Assembly (NCBI GenBank): GCA_964016885.1 | Contig: OZ024741.1 | Span: 119,412,001 to 119,476,000 of the forward strand | Origin: Eledone cirrhosa | Lineage: Eukaryota | Length of the DNA stretch: 64,000 bases | Direction: 5' to 3' | Part shown: in pieces, positions 51,501 through 62,226 of the stretch | How positions within the stretch are numbered: position 1 is the stretch's first letter | Layout of the letters: each line of letters starts with the position of its first letter | Translations under genes and position numbers: made by a program | The notes under the pieces: model-generated | Told to the model about the DNA's origin: nothing | Databases searched by the model: none | What the model saw: the letters and a program-made list of their open reading frames with translations, nothing else

Positions 51501-52700
51501 AGGGACTAGAGAGAAAGGGCCTCAAAGTCAACATGACAAAGACTAAGGTCCTTATAAGTAGACGAGAAAACAGAACCCAGATCCCCTCAGGGAAATGGCC
51601 TTGCTCAGTATGTAGGAAAGGTGTAGGTAGGAACTCCATTCTTTGCCCCAAATGCAAACAATGGGTACACAAGAGATGTAGCGGGATCTCAGGAAGCTTA
51701 ATTAAGAATGTAGGATTCACATGCAGCAGCTGTGCTGAAACAGCAAGCAAACAGCCACAGGAAACAAGTACCACCAATCTCTGGGAGGGCCCTGTAGAAA
51801 CAGTAGACAGCTTCTGCTACCTAGGTGACCGAATTAGCAACGGAGGTGGGTGCTCAGAAAGTACAATAACTAGGGTAAGAACGGGATGGAAGAAGTTTAG
51901 GGAACTACTACCACTGCTAGCTGCAAAAGGCTTCTCCCTCAGAATGAAAGGCAGACTGTATGATGCGTGTATCCGAACAGCGATGTTGCATGGTAGTGAG
52001 ACCTGGGCGCTGAAGGTGGAAGACTTACGTAGATTAGAGAGAAACGAAGCCTGCATGCTCCGATGGATGTGTAACAGTAATATACGTGAACGACAAAGCA
52101 TAAATGAATTGAGAGAGAGACTGAGCATAAGAGGAATCAAATGCTGCGTGCAGGAGAGGCGGTTACGCTGGTATGGACATGTGATGCGTATGAAGGATGA
52201 CAGCTGCATAAAAAGGTGCAGAGCACTAGAAGTTGATGGAAACCGCGGAGTGGGGAGACCCAAGATGACTTGGGATGAGGTGATAAAAGCCGACCTTACC
52301 CAACTACACCTCTCAAAGTCAATGACACACGACCGTGACTTCTGGCGTCACGCAGTAATACAGGGTACCCGACCTCCCATGGGTACATGCTGAAGCATAT
52401 AAACAATATGCCCCCCCCCCCCCCCCACCGCAAGGTGGTCGTGGAGGTGCCACGGCAAAAAAGCACCCAGCCCACACTGTAAAGTGGACGTGTAGGCGCC
52501 ACGAAAAAGCACCCAGCACTCACTGTAAATGAGGTTGGTGTTAGGAAGGGCATCCAGCTGTAGAAATCAAGCCAGATCAGTTCCTGTATGAGCAAGGCAT
52601 GGTCAGCCGACCAGACACTGCCCACAACAGGACAACCCGTCTAACCCATGCTAGCGTGGAAGAACGGACGTAAAACGGTGATGATGATGATGATGATGAT
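48420..52700 (+). mobile_element. RTE family B, full-length, apparently intact LINE
   Basis: Repetitive 5' region (start uncertain), single ORF, 3' UTR of about 290 nt, (TGA)n tail running into (TA)n. Confidence 0.93.
49274..52393 (+). CDS. RTE LINE protein: APE endonuclease + reverse transcriptase with an embedded PHD finger (1039 aa)
   Basis: Uninterrupted ORF with VQETRW, SAYAPQ, AGDFNGHVG, SQLDF, SQH; YADD at 51431-51442; C4HC3 at 51602-51733; FCYLG at 51812-51826; RTE C-terminus RRLRWYGHVMRM. Confidence 0.96.
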   Translation: MNLRATKHPREAPTQRPSPTSVDKCPKLRVGTINVGSMKGRAGEIVEMLERKEVDVCCVQETRWRGGSARVLVGKSQCYKFFWVGNDDGMGGVGILLADKWVDKVISVYRVNARIIKLRLVLNKTITTIISAYAPQSGLPDELKDRFYESLIHTTALTDDKDFLIIAGDFNGHVGKHCDGFNRVHGGHGVGTRNEEGFRLLEFCDANDMSICNTNFKKPDNHLITYRSGEHSSQLDFILIRGRDRWTVVNTKAFPSEECTSQHSLVVSDLTVRTRRALKQRPTWRRKIWKLKVPSTSNRFKDILLNAYDSKEEQIETFNVEENWEFLKNNLLEATDEVCGWSKTSSRRRVTWWWNNKVDEAVKAKRQAWKEWKNGGSRVHYIETKREARRQVYLARREAEDRKFKHVLQREDQKQEVFKIARQCVRDSCDVIGEKCIRNDKGELALTSAEKKDAWKSHYDRLLNEENAWEEETLPHVDPIEGPAVQVSGSVVSKAIRDMKIGKATGPSGIAAEMLKASGSVGHTITTRIVNQVILEGAIPKDWCSSIIVNCYKGKGDALDRGNYRGIKLMDQVMKVTERVIAQLIRDRVNIDEMQFGFVPGKGTTDALFLVRQLQEKYLAKSKPLYLAFVDLEKAFDRVPRAVIWWALRKLGVDEWLVKAVQAMYRGAVSKVRIGNEYSEEFSVQVGVHQGSVLSPLLFIIVLQAITEEFKTGCPWELLYADDLALIAESMVELENKFQTWKQGLERKGLKVNMTKTKVLISRRENRTQIPSGKWPCSVCRKGVGRNSILCPKCKQWVHKRCSGISGSLIKNVGFTCSSCAETASKQPQETSTTNLWEGPVETVDSFCYLGDRISNGGGCSESTITRVRTGWKKFRELLPLLAAKGFSLRMKGRLYDACIRTAMLHGSETWALKVEDLRRLERNEACMLRWMCNSNIRERQSINELRERLSIRGIKCCVQERRLRWYGHVMRMKDDSCIKRCRALEVDGNRGVGRPKMTWDEVIKADLTQLHLSKSMTHDRDFWRHAVIQGTRPPMGTC

Positions 52701-52781
52701 ATGTATATATATATATATATATGTGTATAGATATATATATATGTATATATATATGTATATATATATATGTATATATATATG

Positions 52782-52814
<33 letters not shown>

Positions 52815-52849
52815 GTATATATATATATATGTATATATATATGTATATA

Positions 52850-53609
52850 TACGACTTTTTTTTGCCGTTGCTCGCACCAACCGGAGGTATATGGTTTTTA
52901 AAGCGATGAAATGCCTATGATGGTTGGAAGATCACTGATGAAGGACTAACTTTTTTCATATGTAACCCATTTGCAACTCCGCAGCGCCCTTATTATCATA
53001 TTTACACATATTTTTTCCTCTGCTGCTACGCGTCTTTTTCGTTCTATGTATCTTTACCCTTTCTAGCAGTCTCTCTCTCTGTTAACCTCTTCCTCACCCT
53101 TCACTCACTCATTCTCTGTCACTACCTCTCCTCCTCCTCTTTCTTCCCGTTTGACATGTGTGTAATTCTTTTCTCTCGCACGCTCGGCCAAGCTGGTCGG
53201 AATTTTTTCTCTCTCTCGTCTACGATTTCACAGAACTTATGTTTACCGAATTCGCAGACCAGACCCCTTCTTCCTTCCGTTAGACCTGTGCGAAATTCCT
53301 TCCTTGCTCACATTTCAATCCAGGTTTGATGGTCTTTATTCTCTCATTCACGATTTCACCGAATTTAAATTCATAGAAATTTGGGACTTGTCTCCTTCTT
53401 CCTCACTTTCTGTTGCTTCACCATTTTGTTTGTTTACCCCCGCGTCCCCTTTATTTACGTGTCCCAACGACTTTTTTTAGCCGTTGCTCGCACCAACCGG
53501 AGGTATATGGTCTTTAAAGCAATGAAATGCCTATGATGGTTGGAAGATCACTGATGAAGGACTAACTTTTTTCATATGTAACCCATTTGCAACTCCGCAG
53601 CGCCCTTAT

Positions 53610-53610
<1 letters not shown>
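52850..53610. mobile_element. Unidentified element bounded by direct repeats of about 145 bp
   Basis: 52851-52995 is nearly identical to 53467-53610, with a pyrimidine-rich non-coding interior; TA tracts on both sides. Confidence 0.65.
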
Positions 53611-53652
<42 letters not shown>

Positions 53653-53683
53653 GTATATACATATATATATATATATATATATG

Positions 53684-53746
<63 letters not shown>

Positions 53747-53885
53747 GGAAAAAATGAAACAAAATTTCATTTCTCACTCTTAGTACGGCTGTTACTTAAA
53801 TATAAGTATGTCTACGTACATACATATATGTATACAGACGTACAGTAGTATGTATATATATACACATAGAGCATAGGGCTTGCAT

Positions 53886-54797
53886 TGTGCTCTGAAAGTA
53901 CAGTAGCTAGAGTCAGAACGGGATAGAAAAAGTTCAGAGAGCTTATACCACTATTGGCCGCTAAAAGGGTTCTCTCTAAAAATGAAAGGCAGGCTGTATG
54001 ATGCCTGCATACGAACAGCAATGTTATATGGTAGTGAGACCTGGGCATTGTGTGCAGAGGATATACGCAGACTGGAGAGAAACGAAGCTTGCATGCTCTG
54101 CTGGATGTGTAATAGTAATATACGTGAACGGCAAAGCATAAACGAACTAAGGGAGAAATTAGGAATAAGAGGGACAGATGTTGTTTACTCGAGAGAAGAC
54201 TACGTTGGTACGGTCACGTGATGCGCATGAAAGACGACAGCTGTATAAAAAAGTGCAGGGCGATAAAAATAGACGGCGGTAGCCACGGAGTAGGCAGGCC
54301 CAGAAAAACCTGGGACGACTTGATAAATTCCGACCTCACACACTTACACCTCTCCAAGACAATGTCACTGGACCAAGATCTCTGGCGCTACACAGTAATA
54401 CCGAAGACCCGCCTTGCCTATATACAAAGTGAAACCTACAGTCAGTAGGCACCTCTAACAAAAACACACCCCCATCCCACTACCCCCACCCCATCCACAC
54501 CACCCCTTTCAATGTAAAGTTATGTTGGTACCACAACATCCAGTCCGAAACAAATGAGGTCGTGTAGGTGTCACGACAAAAAAATACACAGTCCACGCTG
54601 TAATGTGGCCGTGTAGGTAACACGGTAAAAACCTCTGTAAACGTGGTTGGTGTTAGGAAGGGCATCCAGCCGTAGAAAACCCGCCAGACAGTCCTATACG
54701 AGCAAGACAACCAATCTTGCCTCAAGTGGGAAAATTCCCGTCCAAACCCATGCAAGCGTGGAAGATGGACGTTAAACGAAGATGATGATGATGATGA
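53886..54797 (+). mobile_element. RTE family A 3' fragment
   Basis: ORF pieces 53982..54221 and 54218..54448; family A 3' UTR and (GAT)n tail. Confidence 0.92.
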
Positions 54798-54856
54798 TAT
54801 ATATGTGTGTGTGTATATATATTATATATATATGTATATATATATGTGTGTGTGTG

Positions 54857-54910
<54 letters not shown>

Positions 54911-54926
54911 TAGAATATATATGTAT

Positions 54927-55445
54927 AAGAAGTTCAGGGAGCTACTGCCAATGTTAGCAGCAAAAGGCTTTTCCCTCAAAATGAAAGGCAGACTGTATGA
55001 TGTGTGTATATGAACACGAATGGAAGTGAAACCTGGGCGCTGTCTGTAGAAGATTTGCAGATTAGAAAGAAACAAAGCCTGCATGCTCCGATGGATGTGT
55101 AATAGTAATATACGTGAACGGCAAAGTATAAACAAATTGAGAGATAGACTGAGCATAAGAGGAATCAAATGCTGTGTGCAGGAGAGGAGGTTACGTTGGT
55201 ATGGACATGTGATGCGTATGAAGGATGATAGCTGCATAAAAAAGGGCAGAGCACTAGAAGTCGTTGGAAACCGCGGAGTGGGGAGACCCAAGAAGACCTG
55301 GGATGAGGTGATAAAGGCCAACCTTCCCCAATTGCACTTCTCAAGGGCAATGACACACGACCGAGACCTCTGGCGTCACGCAGTAATACAGAAGACCCCC
55401 CCCCCCCCGCCCCCACAGGAACAAGCCGAAGCTGAAGCATATAGA
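54927..55445 (+). mobile_element. RTE family B-like C-terminal fragment
   Basis: KKFRELLPMLAAKGFSLKMKGRLYD...GRPKKTWDEVIKA; both ends lie in TA/TG tracts. Confidence 0.88.
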
Positions 55446-55491
55446 CTATATATGTGTGTGTGTGTATATATATATATGTGCGTGTGTGTGT

Positions 55492-55662
55492 CATCATCAT
55501 CATCATCATCATCGTTTAACGTCCATATTCTACGCTTGCATGGGTTTGGACGGGAGTTTTCCCACTTGAGGCAAGAGTGGTTGTCTTGCTCGCATAGGAC
55601 TGTCTGGCGGGTTTTTTACGGCTGGATGCCCTTCCTAACACCAACCACATTTACAGTGTGGA
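55492..55662 (-). mobile_element. RTE family A tail fragment
   Basis: Matches 39090-39245. Confidence 0.88.
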
Positions 55663-55682
55663 ATGTGTATATATATATATAC

Positions 55683-55900
55683 ATATATATAAAACTGAAA
55701 TTGTCTGTGTGTGTATGTGTGTGTCCTAATTTTTGCAAACTCTATAATTTCTACTCCGATTGACTTCAAACTTGCATTTATATATTCCTTGCGGTCTAAA
55801 GATATTAACCGCAGCTTTTATTTTTCAATTTTCTGTTGTTAAAGAGGTGTTAGGCGAGGTTTATTGATCTCTCTGTCTTTCTTAGTCTGTCTGTTTAGAT
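55683..55900 (+). mobile_element. Possible non-autonomous Helitron 5' end
   Basis: tatatataaaactgaaattgtctgtgtgtg...ccgattgacttcaaacttg resembles invertebrate non-autonomous Helitron starts (recalled); no matching 3' end found. Confidence 0.4.
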
Positions 55901-57051
55901 AGATACATAGCTATAACGTCGCACCCTTATAATATCTGACTGTATGTCTGGCTGTTTGCATTACAACATTATGACAAACATAATTCTCATTGCTGACGTA
56001 TTATCTTCACTATTTTCCGTTCATTGCCAGGGAACGTCTTCACGAACCAAAGTATCGTCTTCCTGTTTTCCTTCGGTTGCAATGTTTTTCAAAATATTTA
56101 CTTCTGCGTTCACAGATTGATTTTTTTAGTTTCAGAAGAACCCGTTAAGAGTGAAAGCACACGTTGTAAGCAATCTCAATGTTACTGCTGCTACATGGGA
56201 CTCCCATTACCACTGAACTTTCACCTTTCTGCATTTCCATCCGCAGGCCATCATGGAATGGTCTTCATAGTAGTCAGTTTATTGAGGGGTCTTGAATTTG
56301 CTGTCCAAAAAACCCATTGACAATAACGAAAACCACTAACATCAACGCAAAATGATACATTGTAAGTCGCTTTAACTCGTCTTTTATTAATCAAAAAACT
56401 TCTTGCCAATAAACATTAACCCTTTGTGTGCCATTCATCTAACTGTAGACCAACAAATACCAACTAAACGGAGCATTGACAAGAACGATGGTGAATGAAT
56501 CTTCGAGGTAAGCAGTTTCCTCCCGAGCTGTTAGTTCACGCGGGATTCTCTGCTACACCTTTTCATAATAATACTGAACAACGTACTGCTGGTCACTCCT
56601 TCCTCCAAAAGCCGTACAAAGCAGACAAGTGCATCGGGCAGATGGATCGGGTGCAAATCTACACCAGGCTTATGCGAGAAATTCGCAAGGGACTGCACCA
56701 AGAGAGATAGAGAGAAAGAGTAACTTAGTGGAAAGAGTGCGAATGAACTTTTTAGGTAAGTAGCCTACGCCTTACTGCTATGACACTGGAACCTTCTGCC
56801 AACTTAACCTGTGACTTTCTCTTTCACATTTACTCCAATAGGCCAAAACAGAGTGGAAACACTGGGAGACAACTGTCACAGAAGGAGTATGAAAAGAAAG
56901 GGCTCAACAATATTTCTATGAACAATGCACGTAGACAGCTAAACTGTACTTTCGACTTCTTAATTTTCTCCAAATAAAACAAGTTCCCTGTCGGAATATT
57001 TTCGTAGGTTTAACAGGCGCTCACAAATCAACGTGCAACACCAGGATACAC

Positions 57052-57084
<33 letters not shown>

Positions 57085-57788
57085 ATGTGTGGGTGTGTGG
57101 GTGTGTGTGTGTGTATAGCTGCAGCAGAAGGAGGTCATAGTGCAATTAGCACAAATGGTGGTGGCGCTGATTGCACTGCGTTCCCACAGCAACAAAGGTG
57201 CGACAAAAGGGGTCACTGCAGAATTAGCACAACTGCTGTTCGGCGTACTTGTGCAGGGCATTCATACTGCAGTGTAGGTGCAACAAAAGGGGTCTTAGTA
57301 GAAATAGCACAGATGTGAGTTTTACTGTATCAATAACATGGCAACGTACACAGGGCCCAGATTTGCACGTGATGAAAGCACAAAGTGTCAACAGGGCGCT
57401 GACAAATGTTTTAAGGTCCTCCTCATTTCCTCAATCCCCTGAAAATGGTCCTGCTTAAAAGTAAGTAAGTGTTGTGTCCTCTGTTAAATAAACCAAATTT
57501 TTAGCGAAATATTGTACACTACTTATGATGTTTCAGTAGCGTTTATATTGAAAATGAAAATGGCATGTAATGCCCAATGCTAATTCGTAAATTTCCTAGA
57601 AACCCTTAATGGAATCAGAAATTTTTTTGTCCACAGCAATGCGAGGGAACTAACTAATGTGTGCTGCAAATTTCAAGGAAATCGGCTGGATTATCTTTAA
57701 GTTATGCCTCAAAAAAGCCTAAAAAGAGCAGAAAGGGCAGAAAAAGTTAAAATTTAGCCCATTGCACTTCAAGAAATATAAGTGCGCA

Positions 57789-58129
57789 GAAAGGTTGTGA
57801 GTTCAATTCTCAGACCGGGTGATGTGTTGTTTCTTTGAGCAAGACACTTTATTTCACATTGCTCCAGTTTACTCAGCTGTAAAAATGAGATGATAGGACT
57901 GGGGTCGCTATCATTCCACTGTAAAGTGGTCGTGGAGGTGCCACAGCAAAAAAGCACCCAGCCCACACTGTAAAGTGGACGTGTAGGCGCCACGGAAAAA
58001 AGCACCCAGCACTCACTGTAAATGAGGTTGGTGTTAGGAAGGGCATCCAGCTGTAGAAATCAAGCCAGAATCAGTTCCCGTCCCACCCTTGCAAGCAGGG
58101 AAAAGCGGACATAAAATGATGATGATGAT
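57789..58129 (+). mobile_element. tRNA-derived SINE (5'-clipped) with family B body module and family C tail
   Basis: Same family as 30332-30667, with two copies of the 48-bp module. Confidence 0.9.
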
Positions 58130-58317
58130 ATGGAAGAAAACTTATTCTATATAAATTACATATCACATTAATAAAGTATAGTTGTTAAATCCTAAGTATT
58201 CAGTAAATCAAAGCCTGACCATAAGATGGGTTTCTCAGTCCGTCATGGCTTACTAGTTATATAAAGACTGTTAAATTGATTATCTTAATGCAACGTACTG
58301 TGAAGAGTATTACTTAC

Positions 58318-58572
58318 TTTGAAGAAAAGAAGAAAATATATTCCAATGCCGAGTATTGTAAAGAAGAAGATACTGCCGAGAGAAGCACATAGGTTAAGGA
58401 ATAGGTTGACCAATGTTGCAAAATCAATTGATATACGTGCTGATCTCTTTGACCACACCCATGTATTAAAACCAGCAAACATTATTGCAAAAGCACACAA
58501 TGTTCCAAAAGCTATATTGATGCTGTTGCTAATACCAGCTTCATCTTGGTAATATTCAGATTTGAATGTTAT
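58318..58572 (-). CDS. TMEM67: TMEM67 coding exon (ITFKSEYYQDEAGISNSINIAFGTLCAF...WSKRSARISIDFATLV...IYFLLFFK)
   Basis: ttcAG/GTaagt borders, 255 nt, phase 0 to 0; first transmembrane region of meckelin. Confidence 0.93.
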
Positions 58573-58630
58573 CTGAAAAAGAAAACATATATAAGAACTT
58601 GTTTAGAGAATTGATTTTAGTTAAAGTTAA

Positions 58631-59053
58631 CCCTTTTATGAAATAGGTTTCATGAAATATTTTGAATGTGTTTCAGTTACTGTTGAAAATAGTTTACAAT
58701 TTGAAGGTTTTAATAAAATCAATTTTCCATGAAGTTGATGTTTAGAACATAACAACTGAGTTTTATATAAAATTATGATGGAAGTTTTTAATTTAGAATA
58801 TAATCACCCGTCTAAACCCATGCTAGCGTGGAAGATAGACGTTAAACGTTGATGATGATGATGATGAATCACATTAAACACTTTAAAATGAACGGTTTTA
58901 TGACAGAACCATTGGTGGTTTCAGTTGGTTTGGTATCATCATTATGCTGGCATGAGTTGGATGAGATATTTGGAGAAAATATTTTACAACCAGATGCCCT
59001 TCTTGACACCAACCATTTTAATCAGCACTTATGACTTGCAGGGAACAAAAGGG
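58631..59053. mobile_element. Possible piggyBac-like MITE with a nested RTE tail
   Basis: TTAA-CCCTTTT...AAAAGGG-TTAA; related AT-rich interiors at about 5690-5920 and 13940-14460; RTE tail at 58806-58866. Confidence 0.5.
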
Positions 59054-59364
59054 TTAATCCCCCTAAAATAAACACATAGCCATGTTAACTGATACAGAAA
59101 CAGAGTGAAGTAAGATCAACCAATCAATTAGTTAGGCTCCACTCCTGCCTAGGCCTACAGCAACAAACTCCTTTTTCCACACTTCTTTATAGGGTCTCAA
59201 ACTTTAGTGCTTCAAGATAACTTAATAGGGGTCATATACACCTCCTGGACCTTTCAGTAACTGATACTAGAAAAAAAATCACATAATCCTCCTAGGCCTT
59301 TCATTAGCTGATAACAGGGATTACATACTTCTTAGCCTATCAGAAGATTGGATGAACAGAGAGG

Positions 59365-60672
59365 TCTATAGACATACTACAATGTTAACAGGGTATATAG
59401 ACATAGTACGGTGTTGACAGGGTATATAGACATACTACAGTGTTATCAGGGTATATAGACATACTACAGTGTTATCAGGGTATATAGACATAGTACAATG
59501 TTGACAGGGTATAGACATAATACAATGTTGACAGGGTATATAGATACAGTACAATGTTGACAGGGTATATAGATACAGTAGAATGTTGACAGGGTATATA
59601 GACATAGTACAATGTTATCAGGGTATATAGATACAGTACAATGCTAACAGGGTATATAGACATAGTACAATGTTGACAGGGTATATAGACATACTACAGT
59701 GTTATCAGGGTATATAGACATACCTCAGTGTTATCAGGGTATATAGACATAGTACAATGTTATCAGGGTATATAGACAGAGTACTATGTTGACAGGGTAT
59801 ATAGACATAGTACAATGTTGACAGGGTATAGACATAATACAATGTTGACAGGGTATATAGATACAGTACAATATTGACAGGGTATATAGACATAGTACAA
59901 TGTTATCAGGGTATATAGATACAGTACAATGCTAACAGGGTATATAGACATAGTACAATGTTGACAGGGTATATAGACATAGTACAATGTTGACAAGGTA
60001 TATAGACATAGTACAATGTTGACAGGGTATAGACATAATACAATGTTGACAGGGTATATAGATACAGTACAATGTTGACAGGGTATATAGACATAGTACA
60101 ATGTTGACAGGGTATATAGATACAGTACAATGTTAACAGGGTATATAGACACAGTGTTATCAGGGTATATAGACATAGTACAATGTTGACAAGGTATATA
60201 GACATAGTACAATGTTGACAGGGTATAGACATAATACAATGTTGACAGGGTATATAGATACAGTAGAATGTTGACAGGGTATATAGACATAGTACAATGT
60301 TATCAGGGTATATAGATACAGTACAATGCTAACAGGGTATATAGACATAGTACAATGTTGACAGGGTATATAGATACAGTACAATGTTAACAGAGTATAT
60401 AGACACAGTGTTATCAGGGTATATAGACATAGTACAATGTTGACAAGGTATATAGACATAGTACAATGTTGACAAGGTATATAGACATAGTACAATGTTA
60501 TCAGGGTATATAGACAGAGTACTATGTTGACAGGGTATATAGACACAGTACAGTGTTATCAGGGTATATAGACATAGTACAATGTTATCAGGGTATATAG
60601 ACAGAGTACTATGTTGACAGGGTATATAGACACAGTACAGTGGTATCAGGGTATATAGACATAGTACAATGT
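59365..60672. repeat. 29-bp minisatellite (AGGGTATATAGACATAGTACAATGTTGAC), about 45 copies
   Basis: Head-to-tail array with recurring variants and no unique spacers. Confidence 0.96.
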
Positions 60673-60706
60673 TTGAAACCACAGCAAAAATCAATAAGAA
60701 ACTTAC

Positions 60707-60858
60707 TTGAGTCTTTCTGTTTGCTGTTGCAGCAGCCCAAGCCATTTCTCCATAGTAAATCTTTAAATATGGGGGGTAGATGAGTCCATTTTTATTGGGT
60801 TGCAGCCGGGTGACAAACCTCATGTGTTTAGCGTATCGTACATAACCAGGTTCATAAG
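60707..60858 (-). CDS. TMEM67: TMEM67 coding exon (YEPGYVRYAKHMRFVTRLQPNKNGLIYPPYLKIYYGEMAWAAATANRKTQ)
   Basis: tccAG/GTaagt borders, 152 nt, phase 1 to 0; matches NGNIYPPLITIAY. Confidence 0.92.
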
Positions 60859-61037
60859 CTGGAAGAGAAACAGTGACATTGCAACATATTGTACATACAA
60901 TCAACTATTTGGGACATAAGAAACATAGCTCTGAAGATATTTAGCATCCTGGCTCCACAAACTGGGGGACATCTTCATTTCAAATGTTCAAATGTCTATA
61001 TATATACTCCTCTGTTCACCCCAATAAAAGATGAATC

Positions 61038-61315
61038 TCACATACAAGATGTACAATACATACTTACAAGATGTACAACAAGATGTACAGCACATACATA
61101 CAAGATGTAGAAAACATACATACAAGATGAACAACATATACATACAAGATGTACAACACATACATACAAGATGTACAACATATACATATAAGATGTACAA
61201 CACATACATACTAGATGTACAACATATACTTACAAGATGTACAACACATACATACGAGATGTACAACATATACATAAAAAAATGTATAACATATACATAC
61301 AAGATGTACAACATA
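61038..61315. repeat. Minisatellite of about 22 bp (CATACAAGATGTACAACACATA); resumes at 62229-62285
   Basis: Seen directly; split by the mariner element. Confidence 0.9.
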
Positions 61316-61317
61316 TA

Positions 61318-62226
61318 CGAGATGGTATCAAAATGTTTCTGGATTAGTTCTGTAACACGCCAACAGATGGCAACATATGGTTGCGTGTTAAGTGAGAGCT
61401 AGCAGTGACCTTCATGCACCAGTGTGCCAAGTGACATTACTGCATTTACTTCACAAGTTGTGAAATTTGTGTTTTTGAGATCATGTGTATGCTGTAGCCT
61501 GCAATTTTGTCATGAACAGGAAGTTGAAACAAAGATCCAACATGAAATTTTACATTCAACTATGAAGTCTGCTACAGAGACATTGTGCATGCTTCAGCAA
61601 GCTTACGGTGACAAAGCAATGGGTTGTACGCAATATTTCGAGTGGCACAGGTGCTTCAAAAGCAACCGAAAAGGCATGACAGAGCTGCAGCTTAATCAAA
61701 AGCATGCTCATCCTTTTTCTGACATCTGTGGAATCCATTTCCCAGGGCCAGACCATCAATCAAGAGTTTTACTGTAATGTTTGAGATGTTTGAAAGAGGA
61801 CATTCGACGAAATCAACTGGATCTGTGGAGTGCGAAGAATTGGATTCTCCACGAGAACAATACACCCTGTCACTGAGCTCTCCTTACTCGTGAGTTTCTC
61901 ACCCAAAACAACATTGGATCGCTTCCGCATACGGCCTGTTCGCCAGATTTAGCAGCTGCAGACTTTCATCTCTTCTCCAATCTGAAAATGCAGCTCAAAA
62001 GTTGCCATTTTAACACCGTTGCTGAGATCCAGAGCAAATCGCAGAAGTTCCTCGACTCGCTTACGGAAAACGACTTCCAGGCCGGATTCCAAAAGTGGCA
62101 AGAATGCTGGGACTGATGTATTGCTGCACAAGGTGACTATTTCGAAGGACATGATGTTAAAACTTAAATAAATGTATTATTTTATTTTAAACATAACTAG
62201 TCCGGGAACTTTTTGATACCACCTCG
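61318..62226 (+). mobile_element. Internally deleted mariner DNA transposon
   Basis: TIRs cgagatggtatcaaaatgtttctggattagtt / aactagtccgggaactttttgataccacctcg; TA TSD; HTH remnant KSATETLCMLQQAYGD..FEWHRCFK; remnants HENNTPCH and SPDLAAADFHLFSNLK. Confidence 0.92.

Noticed and set aside
58211-58252. Degenerate hammerhead-like relic (aagcc-tgacca...ggctt), weakly similar to 7460-7530
   Set aside because: Core too decayed to support a call.
59365-60672. CRISPR-like array (29-bp unit)
   Set aside because: Units are head-to-tail with no unique spacers and no cas genes; the context is a eukaryotic intron.
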